A stretch of 64,000 bases of DNA from Eledone cirrhosa (Eukaryota). The notes beneath the pieces are model-generated. The model had not been told where the DNA came from. It saw only the letters and a program-made list of their open reading frames with translations, and did not search any database. Shown one piece after another: positions 13,684-26,669 of the stretch (position 1 is the stretch's first letter; each line of letters starts with the position of its first letter). The stretch covers positions 25,916,001-25,980,000 of the forward strand of contig OZ024757.1 in NCBI GenBank assembly GCA_964016885.1, in the 5' to 3' direction. The position numbers were made by a program, and so were the translations under genes.

Positions 13684-14206
13684 CCCTTTAGCATTTAAAC
13701 CGGCTGTATCCGGCCAGAATTCTCTCACTTCTTTCTGTTCAAACTGGATGAAACTGGCCACCCATACTGATGTTAAGGTATTGTTCTCAAAATACATAAC
13801 ATCAAAATCTTGTAGATTCGATATTATGTGAGATAATTATATGAGATAAAGCCTTTACCATGAAAATATAATAGTAAATATAGAGTAATGTAAATGCTAA
13901 ATCAGTCATGGGCAACCTGCGGCCCGAAAAGCTTACTGAATGGCTCACCTAAGTCACCTAAGTGAAATCTTTCTGATTTTTTTACCCAAACTTTTCAGTC
14001 GTAATTTATCTTTCTATCAATTTTTTCCAATCGAGGAAAACAATGTGTACGAATTCTGAAGAAACAAATCAAAACAATCTGAGTTACCACCCTTTCTTTT
14101 AATGTGGGCACGAATGTAAATTAGTGCTTGCGGCCCCGCCCGATGATGAGCCATATCTCATGCAGCCCTCTTCTCGAAAAAAGTTGCCCATGCTTGTGCT
14201 GAAGAG
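13684..14206 (+). mobile_element. piggyBac-like MITE interrupted in its right TIR by a hAT MITE
   Basis: TTAA|ccctttagcattt ... aaatgctaa[hAT]tgctgaagag|TTAA. Confidence 0.8.
13903..14196. mobile_element. hAT (Charlie-like) MITE
   Basis: TIRs cagtcatgggcaac / gttgcccatgcttg; subterminal gcggccc; imperfect 8-bp TSD tgctaaat/tgctgaag. Confidence 0.75.
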
Positions 14207-14679
14207 TTAAGTATTTAACTCTTTACTCTAATATTGCAAATTTTCACAGTCTATCCGCTAGTAAAGATACTATAAACATTTGATGAACAAACCTGTTATT
14301 TTTTTTTTAGATAATTTCTGCTAAATCAATACATAGGATGTTGAAAGTTATTAATTCTTTCTGACATTGGAACAAGACCAAAAATTTTGGGGCAGAGGAA
14401 AGTCAATTTTATCACAACTCCAGTACTTAACTGGTACATTATTTTAACAAGCATGGAAGGATGGAAGATAAAGTTGACCTTGGCCATGATTTGAAACCAG
14501 AACAAAAAAGACTAAAGACTGTGTGTGTATGTTTATGTATGTATGTGTGAGAGAGAGAGAGGTGTATATTTGTGTGTGTGTGCATGTTTGTGTGTGTGTG
14601 TGTGCGAGAGAGAGGGGGGGGGTGATAAACAAATACCACAAAGCATTTTGTTTGATCTAATGATTCTGCCCTTTTAATG

Positions 14680-15865
14680 ATGATGATGACGACGATGATT
14701 CTGTCCTTTTAATGATAATGATGATGATGGTGATGATGATAACGTTGTTGTTGTTGTTGTTGTTGTTGGTGATGGTGTTGACGATGATGATGATATTGAT
14801 GATGATGTTGGCATTGTTGTTGTTGTTAACAATGATGATGATATTGATGGTGATGATAATGATGATGTTGATGGTGACGATGATAATGGTGATGATGATG
14901 ATGATGATGATAATGATGGTGGTGGTGGTGGTGGCAGTGGTAGTGGTGGAATATATTTATATATCTACCAAATTGTCAGTCTGGCAGTGTTTTGTGGGCC
15001 AGAGTTCAAATGGGGAAGAAAAAGAAGCAGTTTAGTGAGTGTTAATGGCTGTTAAACCATTGGAGGTAGTGGTGGTGGTGACTGGTGATGATGGTGGTGG
15101 TGGTGGTACTGTTGGTACTGGTGGTGGTGCTGGTAGTGGTTGTAGTGGTGGTGGTGGTGGTGCCTAGTTGGTTAATGTAGGAGTGGTAGTGATAATAGTG
15201 TTAGTGGTGATTGGTTGATTATAGTAGTGGCAGTGGTGGTGGTAATGGTGGTGGTAGTGGTAGTGGTGGTGGCGGTGGTGGTGGTAGTGGTAGTGCTGGT
15301 GGTGGTGGTGGTGGTGGTTAGTTGACTGTTCAAAGTGTTCAAAGTGAAGCTTGTTCCTGGAACTCCTTCCTGTGTTAAAATGGTGAATTACTGGGGGAGG
15401 GGGGGGTGACAGTGAAATGGTTTGTACCAGAAGTTTGGAATATCTCCAATAATGTATTGTAATCATTTCAGTAGTGGTGGTGGTGGTGGTAAAGGTGGTG
15501 GTGGGGGTGCTAATAGTAGCCTTGGTGTTGTAGTGATTGTTGTAGTAGTGGTGGTGGCGATGGTAAAGGTGGTGGTGGTGGTGGTGTTGGTATGGTGTGG
15601 TGTGTGTAGGGGATGTGCAAATGTAGCCTTTGATTGTAGTGATTGTTGTAGTGCTGGTGGTGGTGGTATCGTGTGATGTGGGGGGGGGGGGAGTGGCTAA
15701 TAGTAGCTGTGGTGTTATAATGATTGTTGTAGTGCTGGTGGTGGTGGTGGTGGTGGTAGTTGTCATGCTAGCAATAATAACAGCAGTGGTAGTGTAGTGA
15801 TTGTGGTGGTGGTAGTAGTAGTAGTGAAGGTAGTAGTAGTAGTAGTGGAGGTAGTAGTAGTAGTA
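14680..15865. repeat. (GAT/GGT/AGT)n low-complexity tracts
   Basis: Direct inspection. Confidence 0.8.
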
Positions 15866-16403
15866 TCATGTATACATAAAGGCTGTCACATATATATGTG
15901 TGTGTATGTATGCATGTGTATATGTATGCTTGTGTATATGCATATAATGTGTTGTCATTTAGCTCCATCTTAGCTCTAATCAAGCAGAAATATGGTTGAC
16001 AGAGTTCCAGATATGACCATCTTATCTATTTTATTTAGATACAGACAGTAGGATATTATTTAAAAGAGATTTGGCTGCTATTTCTAAATTGAGATATTGT
16101 CAAAAACAGCTTTAACTTGTCATCCTTCTTGGGGTTCAATAAAAGAAATAGCAGTCAAGAATTTTGATCAATTCATTTGTCTACAATCCTCTTGAAATAT
16201 TTTGATCTGGTGCCAAAGTTAAAAGTCATTTTATTATTAAATACAAGACTAGGGTAATGGATTGCCATAATTGTTACAGCATTGGACAACATGCTTTGGA
16301 GCATAGAGTTATGGCCTTTTATGTTCTGAGTTCAAATCCTACCAAGGTTAGCTTTTCCTTCTTTCCTTACAGGTTCGATAAAATAAAGTACCAGTAACAC
16401 ACT

Positions 16404-16915
16404 GTCTAAGTCTAAGTCTGAAGTATATCTTAAGCCAGAAGGCTTGTTAGGCCAGTGCTTATCCCGGTTTCATGGCATGAAGCGACTGAGAGTACAAGAC
16501 TTCCCCCTGGACAGGACGCCAGTCTATTGCAGGGTTAACCCTTTAGCATTCACATTACTCTTTATTTACTGTTATATTTTCACAGTAAAGGCTTTATCTC
16601 ACATAACTATCTCACATAATATTGAATCTATGAGATTTTGATATTATTTATTTTGTGAACAATACCTTAACATAAGTATGAGCAGCCGGTTACAGCAGGT
16701 TTGAACAGAAAGAGGTGAGAGAATTCTGGCCAGATACAGCCGGTTTAAATGTTAAAGGGTTAAACCCCCCAGCTATTGCTGGTACTCATTTTCAGCTGAG
16801 TACACAATGTGAAATGAAGTGTTTTGCTCAAGAACATAACACACAACCTAGCCCAGGAATCGAACCCATGACATTATGATCGTATGTCCAACACCCTTAC
16901 CACTAGGCCACACAG
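16404..16915 (-). mobile_element. tRNA-derived CORE-type SINE (family C), split by a piggyBac-like MITE
   Basis: Minus-strand tRNA head gtggcctagtggtaagg..gggttcgattcc and cttgagcaaaacact core; second copy at 52352-52540. Confidence 0.8.
16539..16759 (-). mobile_element. piggyBac-like MITE, complete, TTAA TSD
   Basis: TTAA 16535-38 and 16760-63; TIRs ccctttagcatt / aatgttaaaggg; the paralogous SINE at ~52460 has a single TTAA. Confidence 0.9.
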
Positions 16916-17254
16916 GTCAAACTTGTTCAAACCTGGAGCTATGAATACAGACACTGGCTTAAGATGTGAAGCAGTGGGATTGAACCTGGCACCTCATGGT
17001 TGCAGAGTGAACTTCTTAGCAGCCATTCAAACATGCTTGCATCCATGCAACATCAGCATGCAACATGTGCAAGATATATGTGACAGCACAAGGAAGCTGG
17101 TCCTTGGTTTAAACTGGTTAAGTCTGTTGCGATCGCTCGACTGGAAAGCTTGTCTTTCTGTGGTCAGTCAACTGGAAAACTTGACTTGCTTCACTTGAGA
17201 AAGAGAAAATGTGATAGTGTGTGGTGAAGTGTTGGCGGTGGTGTGATTAGTAAG

Positions 17255-17455
17255 GGGGATGTTTGGAGTGGGACTAGTGGGGGTGTTTGGAGTGGCAGTA
17301 GTGGGGGTGTTTAGAGTGGGAGTAGTGGGGGTGTTTGGAGTGGGACTAGTGGGGGTGTTTGGAGTGGCAGTAGTGGGGGTGTTTAGAGTGGGAGTAGTGG
17401 GGGTGTTTGGAGTGGCACTAGTGGGGGCGTTTGGAGTGGGAGTAGTGGGGGTGGG
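17255..17455. repeat. G-rich 24-bp minisatellite with 72-bp higher-order period
   Basis: ggggtgtttggagtgggactagtg variants cycling in threes. Confidence 0.85.
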
Positions 17456-17647
17456 CATAGATTGGTGTTGGTAGGGGTTTAGAGTGGTGCAGTTGGTGGT
17501 AGTGATGGTGGTGGTGGAGGGAGCTGATGTGTTGCTGTGGTATATATATATATATATATATATGCATATTTATTTATTATATATTTATACATTTATTTAT
17601 TATATATATAATAAATAAATTAAAAGGAAAGGTTTTATGAAAGGGAA

Positions 17648-17685
<38 letters not shown>

Positions 17686-17689
<4 letters not shown>

Positions 17690-18297
17690 GAATAAGAGGG
17701 ATCAGATGTTGTTTACTCGAGAGAAGACTACGTTGGTATGGTCACGTGATGGGCATGAAAGACGACAGCTGTATAAAAAAAGTGCAGGGCAATAAAAATA
17801 GACGGTAGCCACGGACTAGGCAGACCCAGAAAAACCTGGGACGACTTGATAAATTCCGACCTCACACACTTACACCTCTCCAAGACAATGTCACTGGACC
17901 GAGATCTTTGGCGCTACACAGTAATACAGAAGACCCGCCTTGCCTAAGTACAAAGCGAAACCTACAGTCAGTAGGCACCTCTAAACAAAAATACACACCC
18001 GTCCCACTACCCCCACCCCATCCACACCACCCCTTTCGTGAAATAAATGAGGTCGTGTAGGTGTCACGGCAAAAAAACACACAGTCCACGCTGTAATGTG
18101 GCTGTGTAGGTAACACAGTAAAAACCTCCCAGTCCACACTGTAAACGTGGTTGGTTAGGAAGGGCATCCAACCCTAGAAAACCCGCCAGACAGTCCTATA
18201 CGAGCAAGACAACCTATCTTGCCTCAAGTGGGAAAATTCCCGTCCAAACCCATGCTAGCGTGGAAGATGGACGTTAAACGATGATGATGATGATGAT
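17686..18297 (+). mobile_element. 5'-truncated RTE LINE (family B) in (TA)n
   Basis: Encodes LGIRGIRCCLLERRLRWYGHV..GRPRKTWDD; 3' UTR and (GAT)n tail; TA on both sides. Confidence 0.9.
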
Positions 18298-18914
18298 ATA
18301 TATATATATAGTGGTGGTGATGGTGGTGGTGGTAGCAGTTGTAATGGTGGGTGGTATATAGAGATGGTGGTGTTGGTAGTCGTGATGGTGATGGTAGTGA
18401 TGGCTATGGTAGCAGTGGTGATGGTGATGGTGGTAGCAGTGGTGATGGCAGCATGTATATAATGGTGGTGGTGGTGATCGTAGTAGTGGTGATGGTATTG
18501 ATGATGGTGGTGATGGTGTTGATGGTGGTGATGGTATTGATGATGGTGGTGTTGATGGTGGTGATGGTGGTGTCAGTGGTGATGGCAGGACGTATATGGT
18601 GGTGGTGATGGTGGTGGTGATAGCATTGATGATGGTGGTGATGGTAGTGGTGATAGCATTGATGATGGTGGTGATGGTGGTGGTGATAGCATTGATGATG
18701 GTGGTGATGGTATTGATGATGGTGGTGATGGTATTGATGATGGTGGTGGTGGTGGTGATGGTGGTGATGGTGGTGTCAGTGGTGATGGCAGGACGTATAT
18801 GGCAGTGGTGGTGGTGGTGGCTGTGGTTGCTGCACTAGTACCAGTGTAAACAGTGATGTTGCTGCTCAGTTGTTGTGCACTTGGTGCAGTTTTTATGTCA
18901 CGGTCTTATTGAAC

Positions 18915-20026
18915 TCTGTGTGTGTGTATCTATGTATCTGTGTGTGTGTATGTATATGTCTGTGTGTGTATATGTGTGTATGTATATGTGTGTGTATGTG
19001 TCTATGTCTGTGTGTGTGTCTATGTATCTGTGTGTATGTGTGTCTATGTCTGTGTGTATGTGTGTCTATGTCTATGTATTTGTGTGTGTGTATGTGTCTA
19101 TGTCTGTGTGTGTGTCTATGTATCTGTGTGTGTGTATGTGTCTATGTCTGTGTGCGTGTCTATGTATCTGTGTGTGTGTCTATGTATCTGTGTGTGTGTG
19201 TATGTGTCTATGTCTGTGTGCGTGTCTATGTATTTGTGTGTGTGTATGTGTCTATGTCTGTGTGTGTGTCTATGTATCTGTGTATGTGTCTGTCTGTGTG
19301 TGTGTCTATGTATCTGTGTATGTGTCTGTCTTTGTGTGTGTCTATGTATCTGTGTATGTGTCTGTCTGTGTGTGTGTCTATGTCTGTGTGTGTGTCTATG
19401 TATCTGTGTGTGTGTATGTGTCTATGTCTGTGCGTGTCTATGTATCTGTGTGTGTGTGTATGTGTCTATCTGTGTGTGTGTCTATGTATCTGTGTGTATG
19501 TGTGTCTATGTCTGTGTGTGTGTGTCTATGTATCTGTGTGTGTCTATGTATATGTGTGTATGTGTCTATGTCTGTGTATGTGTCTATATCTGTGTGTATG
19601 TGTCTATGTCTGTGTGTGTGGTGTTCTGTGTGTGTGTTTGTGTGTTTGTGTATGTGTGTGGAGTTCTGTGTGTGTGTTTGTGTATGTGTGTCTATGTGTG
19701 TGTGTTTGTGTATGTGTGTCTATGGGTGTATGTGTGTGGAGTTCTGTGTGTGTATATATATGTGTGGGTATGTGTGTGTGTATATGTGTATATGTGTGGG
19801 TATGTGTGTGTGTGTATGTGTGTGTATATGTGTGGGTACGTGTGTGTATGTGTGTGTATATGTGTGGGTATGTGTGTGGGTACGTGTGTGTATGTGCTGA
19901 TGCAGCAGCCTGGTTAATAAAGCTCTCTCACACCTCTCTCACCCCTATCTCTCTCTCTACTCTCTATCTCACCCCTCTCTCTCTCTACTCTCTATCTCTC
20001 TCCCCCTCTCTCCCTATCACTACACT

Positions 20027-20065
<39 letters not shown>

Positions 20066-20960
20066 TAGCAATGATCTGATAATGGGGGATAACTGTTTCC
20101 TCAGCAACAGATGAAGGAGCTAAAAATAATGAGTATTTAGCCAGATTTCATCTTAACTGGAATGGCTTTAATATGTTTACATGGCTGGGAAGAGGGGGGG
20201 AGAGCTGGTACCTCCATAGCAGTCTACTGGACATTTTGTTGATGTAGCTATAGTACTAACAACAACAACAACTATAGTACTGACGACAGCAACAACTAAA
20301 TACTAACAACAACAACAGTACTGATGACAACAACAACAACACTACTTACAACAACAACAAAGGAACAAAGAAACAACTGAAGAAGTTGTGGTTGTCTAAG
20401 ATAATAACAGGATGAACTGAGAAGAGAGTGGTGTGTGTGTTTGTGTGTGTATATATGTGTGTGTATATATGTGTATGTCTATATGTGTGTATGTGTGTGT
20501 GTACTTGTGTGTGTGTGTGTGTGCATCTATGTGTATATATGATACAGTATATTATTAAATATATAATGTGTGTATATGTGTATATGTATGTGTGTATACT
20601 TGTGTGTACCAGTGTGTATGTGTGTTTATATGTATGTATATGTGTGTGTACGTGTATGTATATGTATGTATGTGTGTGTGTATGTATGTGTGTGTATGTA
20701 TATGTGTGTATACTGGTGTGTGTGTGTACATGTCTGTATATGTATATATATGTATATGTGTGTGTGTGTATGTATGTGTGTATACTGGTGTGTGTGTGTG
20801 TATATGTATGTGTGTATGTATGTGTGTGTGTGTGTAAATGAGAGAGAGAGTCAGACAGATAGAGAAGTATATATGTATGTAAGAGAGGGTCAGCTAGATA
20901 GATAGAGAGGTGTGAGCGAGAGGTGAGAGAAAGAGAGAGACAAATACAGAGACAGAGTGA
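18915..20960. repeat. (GT/GTAT/GTCT)n, (CT)n and (GA)n microsatellite blocks
   Basis: Direct inspection; source of the 300-400 aa C/V/Y ORFs. Confidence 0.85.
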
Positions 20961-21104
20961 AGAGGGGGGTGGGGCATCCTGCACTCTATTGCACTTATGG
21001 ACTGATACATCCTGCTTCTATAGCCCCCCCCCCCCCCCTACTAACTCCTCTAGTGCTGCTTATCATGTCTAGGAGGAAGTGGTGGTGGTGGTGGTGGTGT
21101 TCTA

Positions 21105-21490
21105 TCTGTGAATTGGCAGTATCGGTAGAGGGTTGGACGCAATACTTTCCAGCATAGAGTTACGTCCCTTTACAGTTTGAGTTCAAATCCCGCCGAGGTT
21201 GACTTTGCCTTTCATCCTTACGGGGGTCGGTAAAATAAAGCACCAGTAATGCACTGGGGTAATTGCTGGCCTTGTGCCTAAAGTAGAAACAATTATTATC
21301 ATAAGGGCGGTGGATTGGTAGTGCATTGGACGCCATGCTTTGCAGCATAGAGTTATGGCCTTTTATGATCTGAGTTCAAATCCTGCCGAGGTGAACTTTG
21401 CCTTTCATCCTTACGGGGTCGATAAAATAAAGTACCAGTAATGCACTGGGGTAAATGCTGGCCTTGTGCCTAAAGTAGAAACAATTATTA
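21105..21490 (+). mobile_element. Two tandem SINE family A copies
   Basis: Two A-box/B-box heads, each followed by body and agtagaaacaattatt tail. Confidence 0.9.
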
Positions 21491-21699
21491 TTATAAGGGA
21501 AAGGGCCATAATCTAAGTAAAACCCTTTAATTAATTAAAATAGAGTGTATTTTATTAGCAATGCAGTCATGGAAGAGTTAATAGAGCAACCAGCTCTAGA
21601 AATAATGACCCTAATGGACAGAACTGGATAGAACATATGAGCAAGACATAGCTATCTGACCCACCTAATCTCATATCGTGTTGATCGATCAAAATCATA

Positions 21700-22233
21700 T
21701 TCTTCTTCTTCTTTGCCCACTTATTCCTGAGAGGGTCATGGGAGCAGGGTCCTAAAATACTCCCTCCAGTAGGTCCTGTCAGAAGCAACCGTCTCCAAGT
21801 AAGACCAGCCAAGCTCATGGATGTTATTCAACCCTCTTGCTCGAGATCTGCCTCTGGGTCTCCTGTCAGTTGAGTTTTCCCGTAAAATCTGTCCAGCGAT
21901 TCTTTCCTGAGCCATTCTAACCACATGTCCACACTTTCTGGGCTGTGATCTCTCGTTTTGGAGAAGTAGCAGCTCTACCTGGAGTGACTCTCTGATCTCT
22001 CAGCTACACATTGTTTCCTGAGACATTCTAACCACATACCCTTAGTATTGGAACTGTGATCTCTTAATTCGGAGAAGTAGCCGCTCTACCTGGAGCAACT
22101 CTCTGATCTCCGAGCTACATACTCTATTGAGTAACATTACTCCAAAGACTCTTCGGAAGAACCCCATTTCGGCTGCTTGTATTCGCGATCGTATTCTTTC
22201 AGACATTACCCAAGTTTCATGACCATAGGTAAG
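21700..22233 (-). mobile_element. Degenerate RTE LINE 3' fragment (family C, (GAA)n tail)
   Basis: Minus translation LTYGHETWVMSERIRSRIQAAEMGFFRRV ... RRPRGRSR; internal duplication. Confidence 0.8.
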
Positions 22234-22255
22234 TGCTAAAGGGTTAATGTCAATA

Positions 22256-22545
22256 TGACCGGCTAGTTGCAGCCAGTTTGAACAGAAAGAGGTAAGAGAA
22301 TTATGGCCGGTTTGAACAGAAAGAGATGAGAGAATCTTGACCAGATACGGTCGGTTTGAACATAAAGAAATGAGAGAATTCTGGTTGGATATGGCTGGTT
22401 TGAACAGAAAGAGGTGAGAGAATTCTGGTCAGACATGGCTGGTTTGAACAGAAAGAGGTGAGAGAATTCTGGCTAGATATGGCCGCTTTGAACAGAAAGA
22501 GTGAGAGAATTCTGGCCAGATAAAGCCAGTTTAAATGCTAAAGGG
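22256..22545 (-). mobile_element. piggyBac-like MITE end with ~6 tandem copies of a 44-bp subterminal unit
   Basis: ggtttgaacagaaagaggtgagagaattctggctagatatggcc repeats ending aaatgctaaaggg|TTAA. Confidence 0.8.
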
Positions 22546-23770
22546 TTAAGCCTACTTCCCGTCTTCAAAGTCATGTTAACATAGAAAATAGACATTAAGC
22601 AATGATGATGACAATAAGGAATACTTCTGTGTCAACCTCTCTCTCGCCATTTTTATAATTTATGTAATGTCACCTTCGTCTGATGGCCCTTCTGGCGTAT
22701 AAGGAAATTATTAGTAATATTTTTTTTTGGAATGATTTTCTTCTTTTTCTCTTTTTTTTTTCAAGGTTTTTTTTTGTTTTGTTTGTTTGTTTCTCTACTT
22801 ATGTGCTTAACATAAGAGTACAGAGAGAGAATGGGTGAAGAGAGAGTGAGTGAGAGGGAAGTGAAGAGAGAAGGAGCTTGAGAGAGGAAGGAGTGGAGTG
22901 GTGGGAGAGATAAAGAGTGGGAGGTAGGTGTAGGGGAGATACTACTCTTACTAAACAGCAATAGTCAAGTATGTGTTCTTTTTTTTTACAGGATGTTGTT
23001 AGTAGCTATGGTGATGGTGGTGGAGGTGGTGGGGGTGGGGATTTGGGTGACAGTGGTATTGGTGATGGTGGTGATGGGATAGTTGTTGTTGGTGGCGGTG
23101 GTAGTGGAAATTGTGGTGGTGTTGTTGGTGGTGGTGATTGTAATGGTGGTATTAGTGGTTGTGTTGGTGTTGGTTGTTGGTGGGGGTGGAGGTAGTGGTG
23201 ATGATTTTGGCGATAGTGGTGTTGTTGGTGACGTTGGTAGTGGTGGTGGTGATTGTCATGGTGGCGCCCAAAGGGTTGATGTCAATGGTATTGGTGGTGG
23301 TAGAAGCAGTAATGATGGTGGTAGTTAAGATATGGGGGGGGGGGGGGCAATAAACACTACACTAGTGTTGTCTTGATGTCATTCCTGTTTGTTGTTGGGT
23401 TTTTTCTTGAGTGGCTAGTCTTTCCTTTTATTTTTCGTCTTCACTTTCTTCTTCTTCTTCTCTATCCTCTTTTTCTTTTTCTTTTTCTTCTTCTTCTACT
23501 TCTACTTCTTCGCCTTCTTCTTTGCCTTCTCTTTCTTCTTCTTCTTCACCTGAAGTGTTACAGGAGGACCATTCCTCCACAAGGATGGGAGCAGCCTGCA
23601 ACAACAACAACAACAATACTATTGTCAGTATCATCTATATGATGGAGGTGGTGTGTGTGTGTGTTTTGTTTTTTGTTAATTGTTATAACTATTTGTGTAT
23701 GTATGTGCCATGTTTGGTAGTTTGTCTATGTATGTATGCGTGTGTCTGTGTGTATATATATATATATATA

Positions 23771-24206
23771 TCATCATCATCATTTTACGTCCGCTTTTCC
23801 CTGCTTGCAAGGGTGGGACGGGTCTTATTCAGCACAGCATCTCTCCACTCGTCACGGTCCCTCATCATCTCCACCGTGAGCTTCAATGATCTGAGTTCTG
23901 TTCTCACCACCTCCACCCATGTTTTTCGTGGTCTACCTCTACCACGTCTTCCTTCAACTGGCAATTCCTGGCACTTCTTCACCCATCGGTCATCCTCCAT
24001 GCGCATCACATGTCCATACCACCTCAGTCTCCTCTCCCGTACACTACATTCTATCCCTCTGAGACACAGTTTCTCTCTCAACACATCCATGCTGATGCTG
24101 GGTCGTTCACGCACATTGTCATTGCACATCCAACGGAGAATGCTTGCCTCATTTCTCTCCACCCGTTGCATATCCTCTGCAGTTGCTGCCCATGTCTCAC
24201 TACCAT
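23771..24206 (-). mobile_element. 5'-truncated RTE LINE (family A) in (TA)n
   Basis: ORF 23785-24171: RRLRWYGHVMRM..GRRGRGRPRKTW, the typical RTE post-RT region; (ATG)n tail. Confidence 0.92.
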
Positions 24207-24294
24207 ATACATATATATATATACATAGTAATAATAATAAATGTGAAGACTAAAATCCGAAGAGGGCTCGATAAGGATAATATATATATATATA

Positions 24295-24522
24295 TCATCA
24301 TCATCATCGTATTCCACGCTTGCATGGGTTTGGACGGGAGTTTTCCCACTTGAGGCAAGAGTGGTTGTCTTGCTCGCATAGGACTGTCTGGCGGGTTTTC
24401 TACGGCTGGATGCCCTTCCTAACACCAACCACATTTACAGTGTGTACTGGGAGGTTTTTACCGTGTTACCTACACGGCCACATTACAGCGTGGACTGTGT
24501 GTTTTTTTGTCGTGACACCTAC
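24295..24522 (-). mobile_element. RTE family B 3' UTR fragment
   Basis: Matches ~6110-6340; TA flanks. Confidence 0.85.
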
Positions 24523-24544
24523 ACCTATATATATATATATATAT

Positions 24545-24880
24545 GGAGGCACATGGCTTAGTGGTTAGAGCATTGGCCTTGCAATCAAAAGGTTATGAGT
24601 TCAATTCTCAGACCGGGTGATGTGTTGTTTCCTTGAGCAAGACACTTTATTTCACATTGCTCCAGTTTACTCAGCTGTAGAAATGAGATGATAGGGACTG
24701 GGGTCCATATCACTCCACTGCAAAGTGGTCGTGGAGGTGCCACGGCAAAAAAAAAAACACCCAACACTCACTGTAAATGAGGTTGTTGTTAGGTAGGGCA
24801 TCCAGCTGTAGAAATCAAGCCAGAATCAGTTCCCGTCCCACCCTTGCAAGCAGGGAAAAAGCGGACGTAAAATGAAATGA
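24545..24880 (+). mobile_element. tRNA-derived CORE SINE family B with RTE family A tail
   Basis: ggaggcacatggcttagtggttagagc..gagttcaattc; ccttgagcaagacact; tail cccgtcccacccttgcaagcagggaaaaagcggacgtaaaatg. Confidence 0.9.
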
Positions 24881-25092
24881 TATAAAACCATAGAGCAAAT
24901 ATTTATTAAAATAACAGATTAAAGTTTAAGCAGTTCTTTGCTTAAACTTTAATCTGTTATTTTAATATATATATATATTTAATAAACAACACAATGTAAT
25001 TATTCCATTACCCAAGATTTCGTGAAGTTAGAAGATTCTAACAGAAACGTCTGATATCGCTCATCAGAAGAAATAGCTTTATTAGATATATA

Positions 25093-25381
25093 TCATCATC
25101 ATATGTCTGCTTTTCCCTGCTTGCAAGGAACTGATTCTGGCTTGATTTCTACAGCTGGATGCCCTTCATAACACCAACCTCATTTACAGTGAGTGCTGGG
25201 TGTTTTTTTTTTTGCCGTGGCACCTCCACGACCACTTTGCAGTGGAATGATAGCTGAGTAAACTGGAGCAATGTGAAATAAAGTGTCTTGCTCAAGGAAA
25301 CAACACATCACCTGGTCTGAGAATTGAACTCACAACCTTTCGATTGCAAGGCCAATGCTCTAACCACTAAGCCATGTGCCT

Positions 25382-25383
<2 letters not shown>
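25093..25383 (-). mobile_element. SINE family B
   Basis: Reverse complement of 24545-24880 with small deletions. Confidence 0.9.
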
Positions 25384-25448
<65 letters not shown>

Positions 25449-25451
<3 letters not shown>

Positions 25452-26400
25452 TCATCATCATCATCATCATCGTTTAACGTCCATCTTTCACGCTAATTGG
25501 GAATTTTCCCACTTGAGGCAAGATTAGTTGTCTTGCTCGTATAGGACTGTCTGGCGGGTTTTCTATGGCTGGATGCCCTTCCTAAAACCAACCACGTTTA
25601 CAGTGTGGACTGGGAGGTTTTTACCGTGTTACCTACACGGCCACATTACAGCGTGGACTGTGTGTTTTTTTGTCGTGACACCTACACGACCTCATTTATT
25701 TAGGACTGGATGTTGTGGTACCAACATAACTTTACATCGAAAGGGGTGGTGTGGGACGGGGGTGTATTTTTATTAAGAGGTGCCTACTGACTGTAGGTTT
25801 CGCTTTGCACTTAGGCAAGGTGGGTCTTCTGTATTATTGCGTAGTGCCAAAGATCTCGGTCCAGTGACATTGTCTTGGAGAGGTGTAAGTGTGTGAGGTC
25901 GGAATTTATCAAGTCGTCTATTTTGATCGCCCCGCACTTTTTTATACAGCTGTCATCTTTCATGCGCATCACGTGACCATACCAATATAGTCTTCTCTCA
26001 AGTGAACAGCATCTGATCCCTCTTATTTCTAATTTCTCACTTAGTTCATTTATGCTTTGCCATTCACCTTTTTTACACATCCAACGGAGCATGCAAGCTT
26101 CGTTCCTCTCCAGTCTGCGTAGATCCTCTGCACACAATGCCCAAGTCTCACTGCCATGTAACATTGCTGTTCGTATGCAGGCATCATACAGCCTGCCTTT
26201 CATTTTTAGAGAGAACCCTTTAGCAGCCAATAGTGGTATAAGCTCTCTGAACTTTTTCCATCCCGTTCTGACTCTAGCTAGTGTACTTTCAGAGCACCCT
26301 CCACCACTGCTGATTTTGTCACCCAGGTAACGGAAGGTGTCTACTATTTCTATAGAACCATCTGTGCAATGGAATGAGCTAGTATTCTGTGGGCACTTGC
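25449..26400 (-). mobile_element. RTE LINE (family B), longest fragment, RT C-terminus still open
   Basis: Open frame 26398-25811: IEIVDTFRYLGDKISSGGGCSESTLARVRTGWKKFRELIPLL..LYDACIRTAMLHGSETW..RRLYWYGHV. Confidence 0.92.
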
Positions 26401-26589
26401 TATATATATATATATATATATATATAGTTATAGTTATGTAATAAACAACATAAGATAATTATTTCATTTCCCAAAGGTCTCACGAAATAATAAAATAATT
26501 ATCTTATGTTGCTTATTACATAACTAAAAAGCTCTGTAGCCTACATAGAGCACTCTCTTTTCCTTTACCTTTCCTACGGAAACACTCCT

Positions 26590-26625
<36 letters not shown>

Positions 26626-26669
26626 TATAAGAAATGGAGAATCAGTGTTGCAACGAATAAAATTTATTA

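Noticed and set aside
18870-20114. Cys/Val-rich ORFs of 330-414 aa
   Set aside because: (GT)n repeat, open in all three plus frames.
24545-24620. tRNA gene-like heads (also in SINE A and C)
   Set aside because: A/B boxes are present but the heads run into SINE bodies and lack a proper cloverleaf.
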